Shown here piece by piece: positions 1 through 8,998 of a stretch of DNA of 64,000 nucleotides. The stretch's first letter is position 1. Each line of letters opens with the position of its first letter. Made by a program: the position numbers and the translations under genes. The stretch is from NCBI GenBank assembly GCA_041303575.1, contig JBFYOY010000037.1, positions 10,711 to 74,710 on the forward strand, read 5' to 3'. A model generated the notes under the pieces. It was not told where the DNA came from and made no database searches. It worked only from the letters and a program-made list of their open reading frames with translations. This DNA is from Actinomycetes bacterium. GTDB lineage: Bacteria; Actinomycetota; Actinomycetes; Nanopelagicales; Nanopelagicaceae.

Positions 1-286
1 TTTGTTCTAAAGGAAGCGAGTGCGCATTAACGCCAAGTCCTAGAGATAAACCACCTTGAGGATCGAAGTCGACGAGTAAAACGCGACGACCCATCTCTGC
101 CAGGGCTGCACCTAAATTGATAGTGCTGGTTGTCTTACCGACCCCGCCCTTTTGATTGAAGATTGAGATGATCTTTGCATTTCCATGCTCAGTTAATGCA
201 GCAGGTGTAGGAAAGCTTTTGGCAGCTGTGCCGAGCAGGGTGGAGGTAGTAGCCACATCCTCTGCAATTGTCGATTTAGCGTTCAA
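1..286 (-). CDS. ParA/Soj-family ATPase (orphan Rv1708/PldP type), partial: runs off the window start
   Basis: Not in the ORF track; translated by hand from TTG at 286 (GAGG 8 nt upstream): ...[42 protein letters not shown], with deviant Walker A and DxDPQ. Adjacent to scpA. Confidence 0.9.
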   Translation of the reverse strand, partial: MNAKSTIAEDVATTSTLLGTAAKSFPTPAALTEHGNAKIISIFNQKGGVGKTTSTINLGAALAEMGRRVLLVDFDPQGGLSLGLGVNAHSLPLEQ

Positions 287-365
287 TCTTCAAACCTCTT
301 TCCTGATATAGCAAAGAGCCTATGCGTTACACATAAAACAGGCAAGCGTGAAGTAAGGTGCCCCC

Positions 366-1250
366 ATGGATTTAGCAGGAGATACCGTGGTCGAAGAGGG
401 CGTTGATGTAAACGCATCCTCCGGTGGCTTCTCCGTTCACCTATCCAACTTTGATGGCCCCTTTGATCTTCTGCTGCAGCTAATTTCCCGCCACAAGATG
501 GATGTCACTGAGGTGGCTCTGAGCATCGTGACCGATGAGTTCATCTCCTTTATTCGCGCCCTTGAAGCATCGGGAGAGGGCTGGGATCTAGATCAAGCTA
601 CTGAGTTTCTGGTAGTTGCTGCCACCCTCTTGGATCTCAAGGCGGCACGGTTGCTTCCATCTGGAGAGGTGGAGGATGAAGAGGATCTGGCCCTGCTTGA
701 GGCTCGGGATCTTCTCTTTGCACGCCTGCTTCAGTACCGCGCTTTTAAGGAGATCGCAGCTACATTTAGTGAGCGCATTCTCGCCGCAGATAAATCCTTC
801 CCACGGGTAGTTGCCTTGGATCCGGCCCTAGCCAGTTTGCTGCCTGAGGTTTTGATCGGGGTAGGAGCTCAACGCTTTGCCGCTATCGCCGAACGCGTAT
901 TAACCCCCAAGGTTTCACCTGTCGTGGCTGTAGAACACCTCCATATGCCCCTTGTGAGCGTTACAGAGGAGTCAAAGAGGGTTGTTGAGGCGCTGCGTAA
1001 CTCCAAATCCTTAAGCTTTAGAAATCTGATCTCAGATGCTGACAGCACCCTTGTGGTGGTGGCTCGATTCCTGGCCCTATTGGATCTCTACCGCCAGGGC
1101 GTTCTTCGCTTTGATCAGGTGATAGCTCTGGGAGAGCTGCACATCAGCTGGACTGGAAGCCTTGAGGGCGAGGTTGAGATCACCGATGAGTTTGATATAC
1201 CCGTGGTTTTAGAGATGGAAGACTCGACAGAAAGTGGCGGAAATGTCTAA
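366..1250 (+). CDS. scpA: Segregation and condensation protein A
   Basis: FDGPFDLLLQLI N-terminal kleisin motif, FLALLDL C-terminus; precedes scpB. Confidence 0.95.
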   Translation: MDLAGDTVVEEGVDVNASSGGFSVHLSNFDGPFDLLLQLISRHKMDVTEVALSIVTDEFISFIRALEASGEGWDLDQATEFLVVAATLLDLKAARLLPSGEVEDEEDLALLEARDLLFARLLQYRAFKEIAATFSERILAADKSFPRVVALDPALASLLPEVLIGVGAQRFAAIAERVLTPKVSPVVAVEHLHMPLVSVTEESKRVVEALRNSKSLSFRNLISDADSTLVVVARFLALLDLYRQGVLRFDQVIALGELHISWTGSLEGEVEITDEFDIPVVLEMEDSTESGGNV

Positions 1251-1794
1251 TGTAGAAGTTGAACGTTCCATCGAAGCGATTCTTATGGTCGTCGATGAGC
1301 CGGTTACCGAGCTTGTTTTGGCCCAGGTATTGGAACGACCAGTTGAGGAGATCGAGGCAGCCTTGACCGTTCTTGAGAGCTCGTATGAAGAGCGTGGCTT
1401 CATGCTTCGCAAGATCAACGGGGGGTGGCGTTTCTACAGCCACCCAAGCTACTCAGCTGTTGTGGAGAAGTTTGTGTTGGATGGCCAGCAGTCCCGACTT
1501 ACACAGGCAGCCCTTGAAACTCTTTCTGTGATCGCATATCGCCAGCCTGTCTCTCGTGCTCGAGTTTCAGCTATCCGTGGGGTAAATGTTGAAGCGGTCA
1601 TGAAGACCCTGATCACCCGTGGATTGGTGGAGGAGTCAGGTCTTGAGCATGAGACCGGCGCGATCTTGTATAAGACAACTAGCTACTTCCTCGAGCGTTT
1701 GGGGTTGAACTCCCTTGAAGATCTACCAGCCTTGGCGCCATACCTGCCAGATCTAGATGGCCTGGATGAGATCCTCGATTCGCTAACTGAGTAA
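1243..1794 (+). CDS. scpB: SMC-Scp complex subunit ScpB
   Basis: IEAIL, LTQAALETLSVIAYRQPVSR, IRGVN motifs; ATG at 1243 preferred over the track start. Confidence 0.95.
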   Translation: MSNVEVERSIEAILMVVDEPVTELVLAQVLERPVEEIEAALTVLESSYEERGFMLRKINGGWRFYSHPSYSAVVEKFVLDGQQSRLTQAALETLSVIAYRQPVSRARVSAIRGVNVEAVMKTLITRGLVEESGLEHETGAILYKTTSYFLERLGLNSLEDLPALAPYLPDLDGLDEILDSLTE

Positions 1795-1836
1795 TCCTTC
1801 CGCTACCCTTACCTCCTGACTGTCGGGAGGATAGCC

Positions 1837-2550
1837 ATGGCCCAAATGAGGCTTAACAAGATCATCGCAGATGCTGGAATCACAAGCCGTCGCGGTGCTG
1901 ATGAGTTAATTGAATCTGGTCGAGTGACCGTAAATGGAATCACCGTTCGTGAGATGGGTAGTAAGTTTGACCCTGAGACAGATCAAGTCATGGTTGATGG
2001 TGAGACAATTACTCGAACATTGACTAAGTCTTATCTTGCACTTCATAAACCTAAGGGTGTTTTGTCTACCATGTTCGACCCTGAAGGCCGTCCTTCTCTG
2101 GATGATTTTATCGATCTACGCAAGGAGCGTTTGTTCCATGTGGGGCGTCTCGATAAGGACTCTGAAGGGTTAATCCTGCTGACAAATGATGGGGATTTAA
2201 CCTTCAGAGCTACCCACCCTTCATTTGGTCTGGAGAAGACCTATATCATTGAGTTTGATGGGGTACTACCAACCGGTGTCGACAAGGTGCTACTCAAGGG
2301 AGTAGAGCTAGAGGATGGCATGGGTCGAGTTCTTACCTTCAAGCAGCTATCACCTCGATGGATCGAGGTCTCTATTCACGAGGGCAGATACCACATCATC
2401 CGTCGTCTGATGGAGGCGGTAGGGGTGGATGTACTTCGACTGATCCGTACAAAGTTCGGTCCGATCTCCTTGGGCGATACCCCCGAAGGACGTTGGAGGG
2501 ATCTCAATTCCACAGAGTTAATGAATCTACGAAAGGCTTTAGACATTTAG
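1837..2550 (+). CDS. rluB: rRNA pseudouridine synthase (RluB/RsuA family)
   Basis: N-terminal S4 domain (RLNKIIADAG..SRR), catalytic HVGRLDKDSEGL; follows scpAB. Confidence 0.9.
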   Translation: MAQMRLNKIIADAGITSRRGADELIESGRVTVNGITVREMGSKFDPETDQVMVDGETITRTLTKSYLALHKPKGVLSTMFDPEGRPSLDDFIDLRKERLFHVGRLDKDSEGLILLTNDGDLTFRATHPSFGLEKTYIIEFDGVLPTGVDKVLLKGVELEDGMGRVLTFKQLSPRWIEVSIHEGRYHIIRRLMEAVGVDVLRLIRTKFGPISLGDTPEGRWRDLNSTELMNLRKALDI

Positions 2551-2819
2551 AGTCTTTACTATAAATCGATATACACGATAAAATTCATTAATCGTTTTAT
2601 AGACAATTTGAAGATTAATTACATATTTATCGATAATCTAGGTGCTCAAAATCCTCCGTAAGTATCTATTTATCGATATTATTAAGATTTCATGGCAAGT
2701 ATTCCAACAGAGTGGAAATGTTGGAAAAGTAGTAATCAGGCTTAAAAGTTAAAAGGTTTTATCGATAAATATAGATTTTAATACCCACCGTTTTTGGTGA
2801 TGAAAGGTACCCTTATCCC
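2551..2819. repeat. AT-rich spacer with three TATTTATCGATA copies and a central inverted repeat
   Basis: TATTTATCGATA at 2624-2635 and 2667-2678, inverted copy at 2760-2771; TTCCAACA-N9-TGTTGGAA at 2702-2726. Function unknown. Confidence 0.75.
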
Positions 2820-3182
2820 ATGAGTTTGAGAGCGATCCGAGGTGCGGTTCAGGTGCCAGCTAATACCGCGGTCGATATAGCCGCAGGTGTGCAGGAGTTG
2901 ATCTCGGCGGTACTTGAGGCCAATCATCTGGTTCCATCTGATGTCATCTCGGTTTTCTTTACTTCAACCGCCGATCTCAACGCCGCTTTCCCAGCTGCAG
3001 CATGCAGGGAGATGGGCTTTGCTAACGTGCCTTTGATTGGCTCGGTGGAGGTTGATGTGCCAGGAGCGTTGGATCGGATTGTTCGAGCGATGCTCCATGT
3101 AAATACCGATAAAACCCCAGATCAGATTTCACATATTTACCTTCATGGCGCGGCTGCTTTACGCAGAGATATAGCCCAGTAA
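2820..3182 (+). CDS. aroH: Chorismate mutase, AroH class
   Basis: RAIRGA, DLNAAFPA, HIYLHGAAALRRD motifs. Confidence 0.93.
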   Translation: MSLRAIRGAVQVPANTAVDIAAGVQELISAVLEANHLVPSDVISVFFTSTADLNAAFPAAACREMGFANVPLIGSVEVDVPGALDRIVRAMLHVNTDKTPDQISHIYLHGAAALRRDIAQ

Positions 3183-4234
3183 TGCTCACCAAGGTAAGGA
3201 TTGTTGGCTCTGGTCTGATCGGAACCTCCATCGGATTAGGCCTTGTTCAAGCCGGTGTCGCAGTGGAGATGATTGATGCTGATACAGCCAACCAAGCCTT
3301 GGCGATGGATCTAGTTTCTGGCTCCCAACTATCCAAGCCAGAGCTGGTTATCTTTGCTCTTCCGATCTCCCAGTTACCCCTTGTCATTGAGAAAGAGTTT
3401 GATTTAAACCCACAGTCAACATTTATGGATGTAGCTAGTATTAAGAGTGAAGTTGTACTTAAGGTTGAGGCAGTTTCAGGCCTTTCTTCACGATTTGTCC
3501 CTACCCACCCCATGGCAGGGCGGGAGATTGGCGGCGCAGGTGCTGCACGGGCCGATCTTTTTCAGGGGCGAAGCTGGATAGTTACGCCTACCGCCGATCT
3601 TGCCGCGCAATCTCGCGAGTTGGTAGAAGAGCTGATCTCAAAATTAGGTGCAACCTCAATTGAGCTCACGCCAATTGATCATGATCGGGCGGTAGCCAAG
3701 ATCTCTCACATGCCACAGATCGCAGCATCTTTATTAGCAAAGCAGCTTCAAGGAACTCCAACTGAGTGGATGGAGCTAGCAGGGCAGGGGCTTAGGGATA
3801 CAACCCGGATCGCTGGCTCAGATGAATCCCTATGGAAGGAGATCATCTACTCCAACCGCAACGAGCTTCGTGGATTGCTAATAAATCTACAAAGCGATCT
3901 GCAAGAAATGATTGATTCCCTAGATGATCCATCAAAGATCGCCGAGATAATCGCATCAGGGCGTTTAGGCAAGGCTTTGATCCCTGGCAAGCATGGTGGC
4001 ACGGCACGTGAATACTCACATCTGCCCATTGTTATCGATGATAAGCCAGGTCAATTAGGTGCGATCTTTAATGAATGCGCAGCGATGGATGTCAACGTTG
4101 AAGATTTACTAATAGAGCACTCACCAGGACAGTTAAGTGCGCTAATCACTTTGGCCTTATCCCATAGCGACGCTGAAAAGCTTTCTACTCATTTGAGCTC
4201 GATCGGATGGAATGTTCATCCGATTCGTAAATAG
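3182..4234 (+). CDS. tyrA: Prephenate dehydrogenase with C-terminal ACT domain
   Basis: GSGLIG Rossmann motif, DVASIK, HPMAGRE, SHMPQ, DTTRIA; ACT motif DDKPGQLG. Confidence 0.92.
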   Translation: MLTKVRIVGSGLIGTSIGLGLVQAGVAVEMIDADTANQALAMDLVSGSQLSKPELVIFALPISQLPLVIEKEFDLNPQSTFMDVASIKSEVVLKVEAVSGLSSRFVPTHPMAGREIGGAGAARADLFQGRSWIVTPTADLAAQSRELVEELISKLGATSIELTPIDHDRAVAKISHMPQIAASLLAKQLQGTPTEWMELAGQGLRDTTRIAGSDESLWKEIIYSNRNELRGLLINLQSDLQEMIDSLDDPSKIAEIIASGRLGKALIPGKHGGTAREYSHLPIVIDDKPGQLGAIFNECAAMDVNVEDLLIEHSPGQLSALITLALSHSDAEKLSTHLSSIGWNVHPIRK

Positions 4235-4249
4235 AAGTAGGCTCAGCAC

Positions 4250-6211
4250 ATGGGCATAGTCGTAGCAATTGATGGCCCAAGCGGGGCCGGAAAATCTAGT
4301 ACCGCAAAAGCGATAGCAACGCGTGCTGGTTGGGATTATCTAGATACTGGCGCTTTGTATCGCGCAGTAACTTGGTTAGCACTTGAGTTTAAATGTGAAG
4401 AGCCATTTTCTATCTTACAGGCGATCAAAGATCATCCCATTAAGTTTATTGCAGATCCAACCTCGCCAAATGTTTTTGCAGGTCAAACGCAGATCACTCA
4501 TGCAATTCGAGGAACATCGGTAACAGAAAATGTTTCGCGCATCAGCGCTATGCCGGAAATCCGCCGCGAACTTTTGAATCTTCAGCACCACATCATTGAC
4601 TCCGCCGAACGTGGCATTGTTGTAGAAGGTCGCGATATAGGAACAGTTGTTGCACCAGAAGCCGGTCTAAAGATTTATTTAACCGCGGATTTAGATGCCC
4701 GTGCTAATCGAAGAGAGATTGAAACAGAGGACAAGAGCGTTGATGTTAAGCAGTCTCTTGATAATCGTGATGCAATTGATTCGACCCGTGCGGTATCACC
4801 GTTAGTCATGGCTGCCGATGCGGTTGAGGTTGATTCAACCTACTTAGATTTAGATGAAACCATTGAACGTATCTGGGAGCTTCTAAAGAAGCGTAATTTG
4901 CTGGGTTTGCCAATCGTTGCAATTTTGGGTCGACCTAACGTTGGTAAATCAACTTTGATCAACCGCTTCTTGGGAAGACGAGAAGCGATTGTTGAAGATA
5001 CTCCTGGCGTAACCCGCGATCGTGTTCAATATGAATGTGAATGGGGCGGTCGACGCTTCATCATTATGGATACTGGCGGTTGGGAAGCAAAGCCTGATGG
5101 AATCGCAGTTCAGGTAAGTGCGGGATCAGAGCTTGCGATGCAAGAGGCAGATGTACTTGCATTTGTTGTCGATGCACAAGTTGGTGCTTTAGATGAGGAT
5201 GACACTTTGGTGCAACATCTTCGTAAAGCTAAGAAGCCGACAATTTTGATTGGCAACAAGGTAGATGGAGAGCGTGAAGAAGCCGAAGCACATGGATTGT
5301 GGAGCCTTGGATTAGGGGAGCCTCGTTTTGTTTCCGCTCTGCATGGACGCGGTAGCGGAGATTTATTGGATCATATTGTTAGCGTCTTGCCTGAAGTTGG
5401 CCGCGCGCAGAATCAAGATGGTTACCGCAAGGTTGCATTAATTGGTCGTCCTAATGTTGGAAAATCCTCTTTGTTTAATGCAATCGCAGGCGAGTCTTTG
5501 TCAATTGTTGATGATGCTGCCGGAACAACTCGCGATCCAGTTGACTCTTTGCTCTCCTTTGGTGGATCAACTTGGAGATTTATCGACACCGCAGGTTTGA
5601 AGAAGAGGGCAAATCAGGATTCAGGAACCGATTACTATGCATCTCTGCGCACCGCGACAGCACTAGAACGTTGCGAGGTAGCGGTAGTCGTATTGGATGC
5701 ATCTGAACCAATTACTGAACAAGATTTGCGCGTCATCACAATGGTGGAAGAGGCTGGCAAGGCCATGGTCATTGTGATGAACAAATGGGATCTAGTTGAT
5801 GAAGATCGTCGCAACCAGTTAGACCGCGAGATTGATCGCCATCTTGATCAAGTTGAATGGGCGCAGAGAGTAAACATTGCAGCCAAGACTGGATGGCACC
5901 GAGATCGTTTGGCTCCAGCTTTGCGTACCGCGCTAGACAGTTGGGAGCGACGGGTTCCTACCGCCAAGCTCAACTCATTTCTTGGTGCCCTCATCGGAGC
6001 GACCCCGCCACCTGTACGTGGTGGAAAGCAGCCAAAGGTCTACTACGCAACCCAGGCGGGTATTGCACCACCGAAGTTTGTGGTCTTCTCAAGTGGCTGG
6101 ATTGAAGCCTCTTACCGTCGCTTCATCGAACGTCGTCTTCGTGAAGAGTTCAAATTCCCTGGAACTCCTGTCCAAGTAGCGGTTCGAGTGAAGGAGCGCG
6201 ACAAGGAATGA
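4250..6211 (+). CDS. cmk-der: Fused cytidylate kinase / ribosome biogenesis GTPase Der (EngA)
   Basis: [24 protein letters not shown] (Cmk), then two GRPNVGKS G-domains and a KH-like C-terminus in one ORF. Confidence 0.95.
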   Translation: MGIVVAIDGPSGAGKSSTAKAIATRAGWDYLDTGALYRAVTWLALEFKCEEPFSILQAIKDHPIKFIADPTSPNVFAGQTQITHAIRGTSVTENVSRISAMPEIRRELLNLQHHIIDSAERGIVVEGRDIGTVVAPEAGLKIYLTADLDARANRREIETEDKSVDVKQSLDNRDAIDSTRAVSPLVMAADAVEVDSTYLDLDETIERIWELLKKRNLLGLPIVAILGRPNVGKSTLINRFLGRREAIVEDTPGVTRDRVQYECEWGGRRFIIMDTGGWEAKPDGIAVQVSAGSELAMQEADVLAFVVDAQVGALDEDDTLVQHLRKAKKPTILIGNKVDGEREEAEAHGLWSLGLGEPRFVSALHGRGSGDLLDHIVSVLPEVGRAQNQDGYRKVALIGRPNVGKSSLFNAIAGESLSIVDDAAGTTRDPVDSLLSFGGSTWRFIDTAGLKKRANQDSGTDYYASLRTATALERCEVAVVVLDASEPITEQDLRVITMVEEAGKAMVIVMNKWDLVDEDRRNQLDREIDRHLDQVEWAQRVNIAAKTGWHRDRLAPALRTALDSWERRVPTAKLNSFLGALIGATPPPVRGGKQPKVYYATQAGIAPPKFVVFSSGWIEASYRRFIERRLREEFKFPGTPVQVAVRVKERDKE

Positions 6212-6780
6212 GCTCATCAGTGATTAGCGTTCCTAACGCTCTCACCTTTTTGCGTTTTCTAGGCATTCCATTATTTATCTACCTCACCCTGTCCCTAGAG
6301 GCGGATGGTTGGGCGATCGTTGTGCTGGCCATTGGCGGTGCGACAGATTACTTTGATGGAAAGATCGCTCGAGCCTGGAATCAAACCTCTCGCTTTGGTG
6401 AGTTGGCTGATCCGGCAATCGATCGTCTTTATATCTTTGCGACTTTGGTCGTCTTTTTAATTCGAGATGTTGTACCAGTCTGGATGATCGCAATCATCAT
6501 CGGTAGAGATCTGATTTTGGCGGTTATTTCTATAGTCATGAATCGCCGTGGCTTTGCGCCATTTACAGTTACATACCTTGGTAAGGCGGCAACCTTTAAT
6601 CTTCTCTACGCCTTCCCATTTCTATTGTTGGCCCAATCAGATGGGGCTTGGGGGAGCATCGCATTTGTCGCGGGGTGGAGTTTTGCTATCTGGGGCGTTG
6701 CCCTCTACATTTCAACCGGTATTAGTTATGCGCGCGAAGGCATTTCGCAGATGAGAGGAAATCATGTCATCAATTCCTAA
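6208..6780 (+). CDS. CDP-alcohol phosphatidyltransferase (PgsA2/Rv1822-like)
   Basis: PNALTFLR and [14 protein letters not shown] signature. Confidence 0.88.
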   Translation: MSSSVISVPNALTFLRFLGIPLFIYLTLSLEADGWAIVVLAIGGATDYFDGKIARAWNQTSRFGELADPAIDRLYIFATLVVFLIRDVVPVWMIAIIIGRDLILAVISIVMNRRGFAPFTVTYLGKAATFNLLYAFPFLLLAQSDGAWGSIAFVAGWSFAIWGVALYISTGISYAREGISQMRGNHVINS

Positions 6781-7138
6781 TGAGCTTTCATACACAAAGG
6801 AACATGAGTGGGTCTCTGCGCAGGATTCAACCTACACAATGGGTATCACTGATTACGCACAAGCGGCGTTGGGGGACATTGTCTATGTTCAACTTCCAAA
6901 GGTTGGAGAAACGGTAACTGCAGGAAAGGTCTGCGGTGAGGTTGAATCTACAAAGAGTGTTTCAGAGATTTACGCACCTGTTACAGGAACTGTTGTCGCA
7001 ATTAATGATGCGTTATCTAATTCTCCAGAAAGTATCAACTCAGATCCATATGGCGCTGGCTGGCTGGCAAAGATCGAGGTCACAACAGCACCATCTGAGC
7101 TATTGACCGCTGCTCAATACGGCGAAATCACGGCTTGA
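6764..7138 (+). CDS. gcvH: Glycine cleavage system H protein
   Basis: YTKEHEW, GITDYAQ, lipoyl-lysine motif ESTKSVSE, NSDPYGAGW. Confidence 0.96.
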   Translation: MSSIPNELSYTKEHEWVSAQDSTYTMGITDYAQAALGDIVYVQLPKVGETVTAGKVCGEVESTKSVSEIYAPVTGTVVAINDALSNSPESINSDPYGAGWLAKIEVTTAPSELLTAAQYGEITA

Positions 7139-7162
7139 CCTTATCTGCCTAACTCTCTAGTG

Positions 7163-7184
7163 TCACCCTTAAGTTGACGGTGAG
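7163..7184. promoter_or_regulatory. Putative FtsR (Rv1828-type MerR) operator upstream of garA-ftsR
   Basis: TCACCCTTAAGTTGACGGTGAG, imperfect palindrome; 14/19 identical to the site at 8902-8920. Confidence 0.55.
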
Positions 7185-7195
7185 GAGGTAGGGCA

Positions 7196-7645
7196 GTGGC
7201 TGCAGAGCAATCACAGAACGAGCTCACTACCACCATCCACCTTGGTCTACGTGAAGTTTCAAATCTTTCAGAAAAACATTTGGAGGAACAGCTCGCCCTG
7301 CTTTCCCCGCAGGACCGAGAGGTTGTAGCCGAGATTCAAAACTCCGGCGGTGAGAAAGCGATGATTCTTATCGCTCGTGGAGCCAATAAAGGCTCTCGAT
7401 TCTTAATCACCTCTGAGGGAGTAGTAATCGGTCGTTCAAGTGATTGTTCGATCTTTCTAGATGATGTAACGGTTTCACGAACACACGCAAAGATCTCTAA
7501 GCAGGGTAAGCGTTTTGTTCTCAAGGATGAGGGTTCTCTCAACGGAACTTACATCAACAATATTTCCATCACAGAGCATGAACTTGTTTCAGGTGATGAG
7601 TTTCAAGTAGGTAAGTTCCATTTGCTTTTCGTCGGTTCCAACTAG
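7196..7645 (+). CDS. garA: FHA-domain protein, GarA/OdhI-like
   Basis: IGR..IFLDDVTVSR.H..D.GSLNGTY.N FHA motif; N-terminal LTTT equivalent of ETTS; synteny. Confidence 0.88.
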   Translation: MAAEQSQNELTTTIHLGLREVSNLSEKHLEEQLALLSPQDREVVAEIQNSGGEKAMILIARGANKGSRFLITSEGVVIGRSSDCSIFLDDVTVSRTHAKISKQGKRFVLKDEGSLNGTYINNISITEHELVSGDEFQVGKFHLLFVGSN

Positions 7646-7655
7646 GGGAGTAGTC

Positions 7656-8381
7656 ATGGCAGTTCCAGCACGCGCATATTTGAGCATCGGTGAAGTCCTT
7701 AACCGTTTGCGTGGAGATTTTACGGATATAACAATTTCAAAGATTCGTTTCCTTGAATCTGAAGGGTTGATCGAGCCGCAAAGAACACCATCTGGTTACC
7801 GAAAGTTCACAACCTCAGATCTAGAGCGCCTGCGTTATGTGTTGCTTGCTCAACGCGATCAGTACCTGCCTCTTAAGGTGATCAAGGAAAATCTCGATGC
7901 GATTGATCGAGGTCTTCAGCCAGCTGCTGTGGGTGGAGTCCCAGCACCTCGTCCAACAATTGGCCTTGCAACTATTGATGGCGAAATGGCACCGAGTGCA
8001 TTTGGTGAAGTCAGCGAGATGCGCCTGTCACGAGAAGAGCTTTTAAAGAACAGCGGTCTTGCAGAGGATCAGTTGGTTGAGCTTGAAGGTTATGGATTGA
8101 TCACAGCTCGTGGCCGTCATTACGATGGTGATGCGCTAGCGATTGCTAAGGCGGTAACTGAGATGGGCGGATTTGGAATCGAAGCTCGCCATCTACGTTC
8201 ATTTAAATCAGCTGCAGATCGTGAGATTGGTTTGATTGAGCAAGTGATCACGCCTCTAACTCGCCAAAAGGGCGCTGAATCAAAGGCTCGCGCTGAAGAG
8301 GTTCAGAAGGAGATCGCATCTCTTTCAATTCGATTGCATGCCGCACTTGTTCGTGGTGGCCTCAACCGTCTTCGCTCATAA
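7656..8381 (+). CDS. ftsR: MerR-family regulator FtsR (Rv1828-like)
   Basis: LSIGEVL..ISKIRFLESEGLI.PQRTPSGYR; position after garA. Confidence 0.85.
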   Translation: MAVPARAYLSIGEVLNRLRGDFTDITISKIRFLESEGLIEPQRTPSGYRKFTTSDLERLRYVLLAQRDQYLPLKVIKENLDAIDRGLQPAAVGGVPAPRPTIGLATIDGEMAPSAFGEVSEMRLSREELLKNSGLAEDQLVELEGYGLITARGRHYDGDALAIAKAVTEMGGFGIEARHLRSFKSAADREIGLIEQVITPLTRQKGAESKARAEEVQKEIASLSIRLHAALVRGGLNRLRS

Positions 8382-8403
8382 TCGTTAATCGGGCGGAAAA
8401 GGT

Positions 8404-8889
8404 ATGTTGATTCCTATGGAGGTTATTGGCGTTCGCGTCGAGATGCCGTCCAATCAGCCAATCGTTCTTCTCAAGGAGATTGATGGCACCCGCTTTCTTC
8501 CCATCTGGGTAGGAGCGGTTGAGGCGACAGCTATCGCCTTCGCCCAGCAAGGGGTGGAGCCACCAAGGCCGCTGACCCACGATCTCATGAAAAACTTGGT
8601 AGAGCTCTTTGATGCGACCTTGATCGCGGTTCATCTGACTGAGATTAAGGATGGGGTTTTTTTCTCAACCCTGAACCTGCGTGATGGCTCAGGGGAGCCG
8701 TTATCTCTCTCTGCCAGACCATCTGATGCGATCGCATTAGCTGTACGGACACACAGCAACATCTTGGCCACAGAGGAGCTACTCAATGAGGTCGGGGTTG
8801 AGATCCCACAAGGCGAGGGCGATAACCAAGAGGTGGAGAAGTTCCGCGAGTTTTTGGATCAGATCAACCCTGAAGATTTTGCTGGGTAG
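8404..8889 (+). CDS. Bifunctional nuclease family protein (DUF151, Rv1829-like)
   Basis: LPIWVGAVEATAI, RPLTHDL, ARPSDAIALA. Confidence 0.9.
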   Translation: MLIPMEVIGVRVEMPSNQPIVLLKEIDGTRFLPIWVGAVEATAIAFAQQGVEPPRPLTHDLMKNLVELFDATLIAVHLTEIKDGVFFSTLNLRDGSGEPLSLSARPSDAIALAVRTHSNILATEELLNEVGVEIPQGEGDNQEVEKFREFLDQINPEDFAG

Positions 8890-8900
8890 TGGGTAAAACT

Positions 8901-8920
8901 CTCAACCTCAAGTAGAGGTT
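8901..8920. promoter_or_regulatory. Putative FtsR/MerR operator upstream of the Rv1830-like gene
   Basis: CTCAACCTCAAGTAGAGGTT, containing perfect AACCTC-N5-GAGGTT. Confidence 0.6.
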
Positions 8921-8998
8921 TGCTTCGTGTCGGTCATTGTTTACCCGTAGCTCTAGCCTTACATTTATCTCACTCCCCAAGAGAAATGAGCTTTCCCC

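Noticed and set aside
2551-2819. oriC or CRISPR interpretation of the AT-rich spacer
   Set aside because: No convincing DnaA-box cluster, no dnaA/dnaN, and it lies near dif; the repeats are 12 bp, irregularly spaced and partly inverted.
8928-8950. TGTCGG as a PafBC-dependent promoter
   Set aside because: The spacing to a TANNNT hexamer does not fit TGTCGG-N10-TANNNT.
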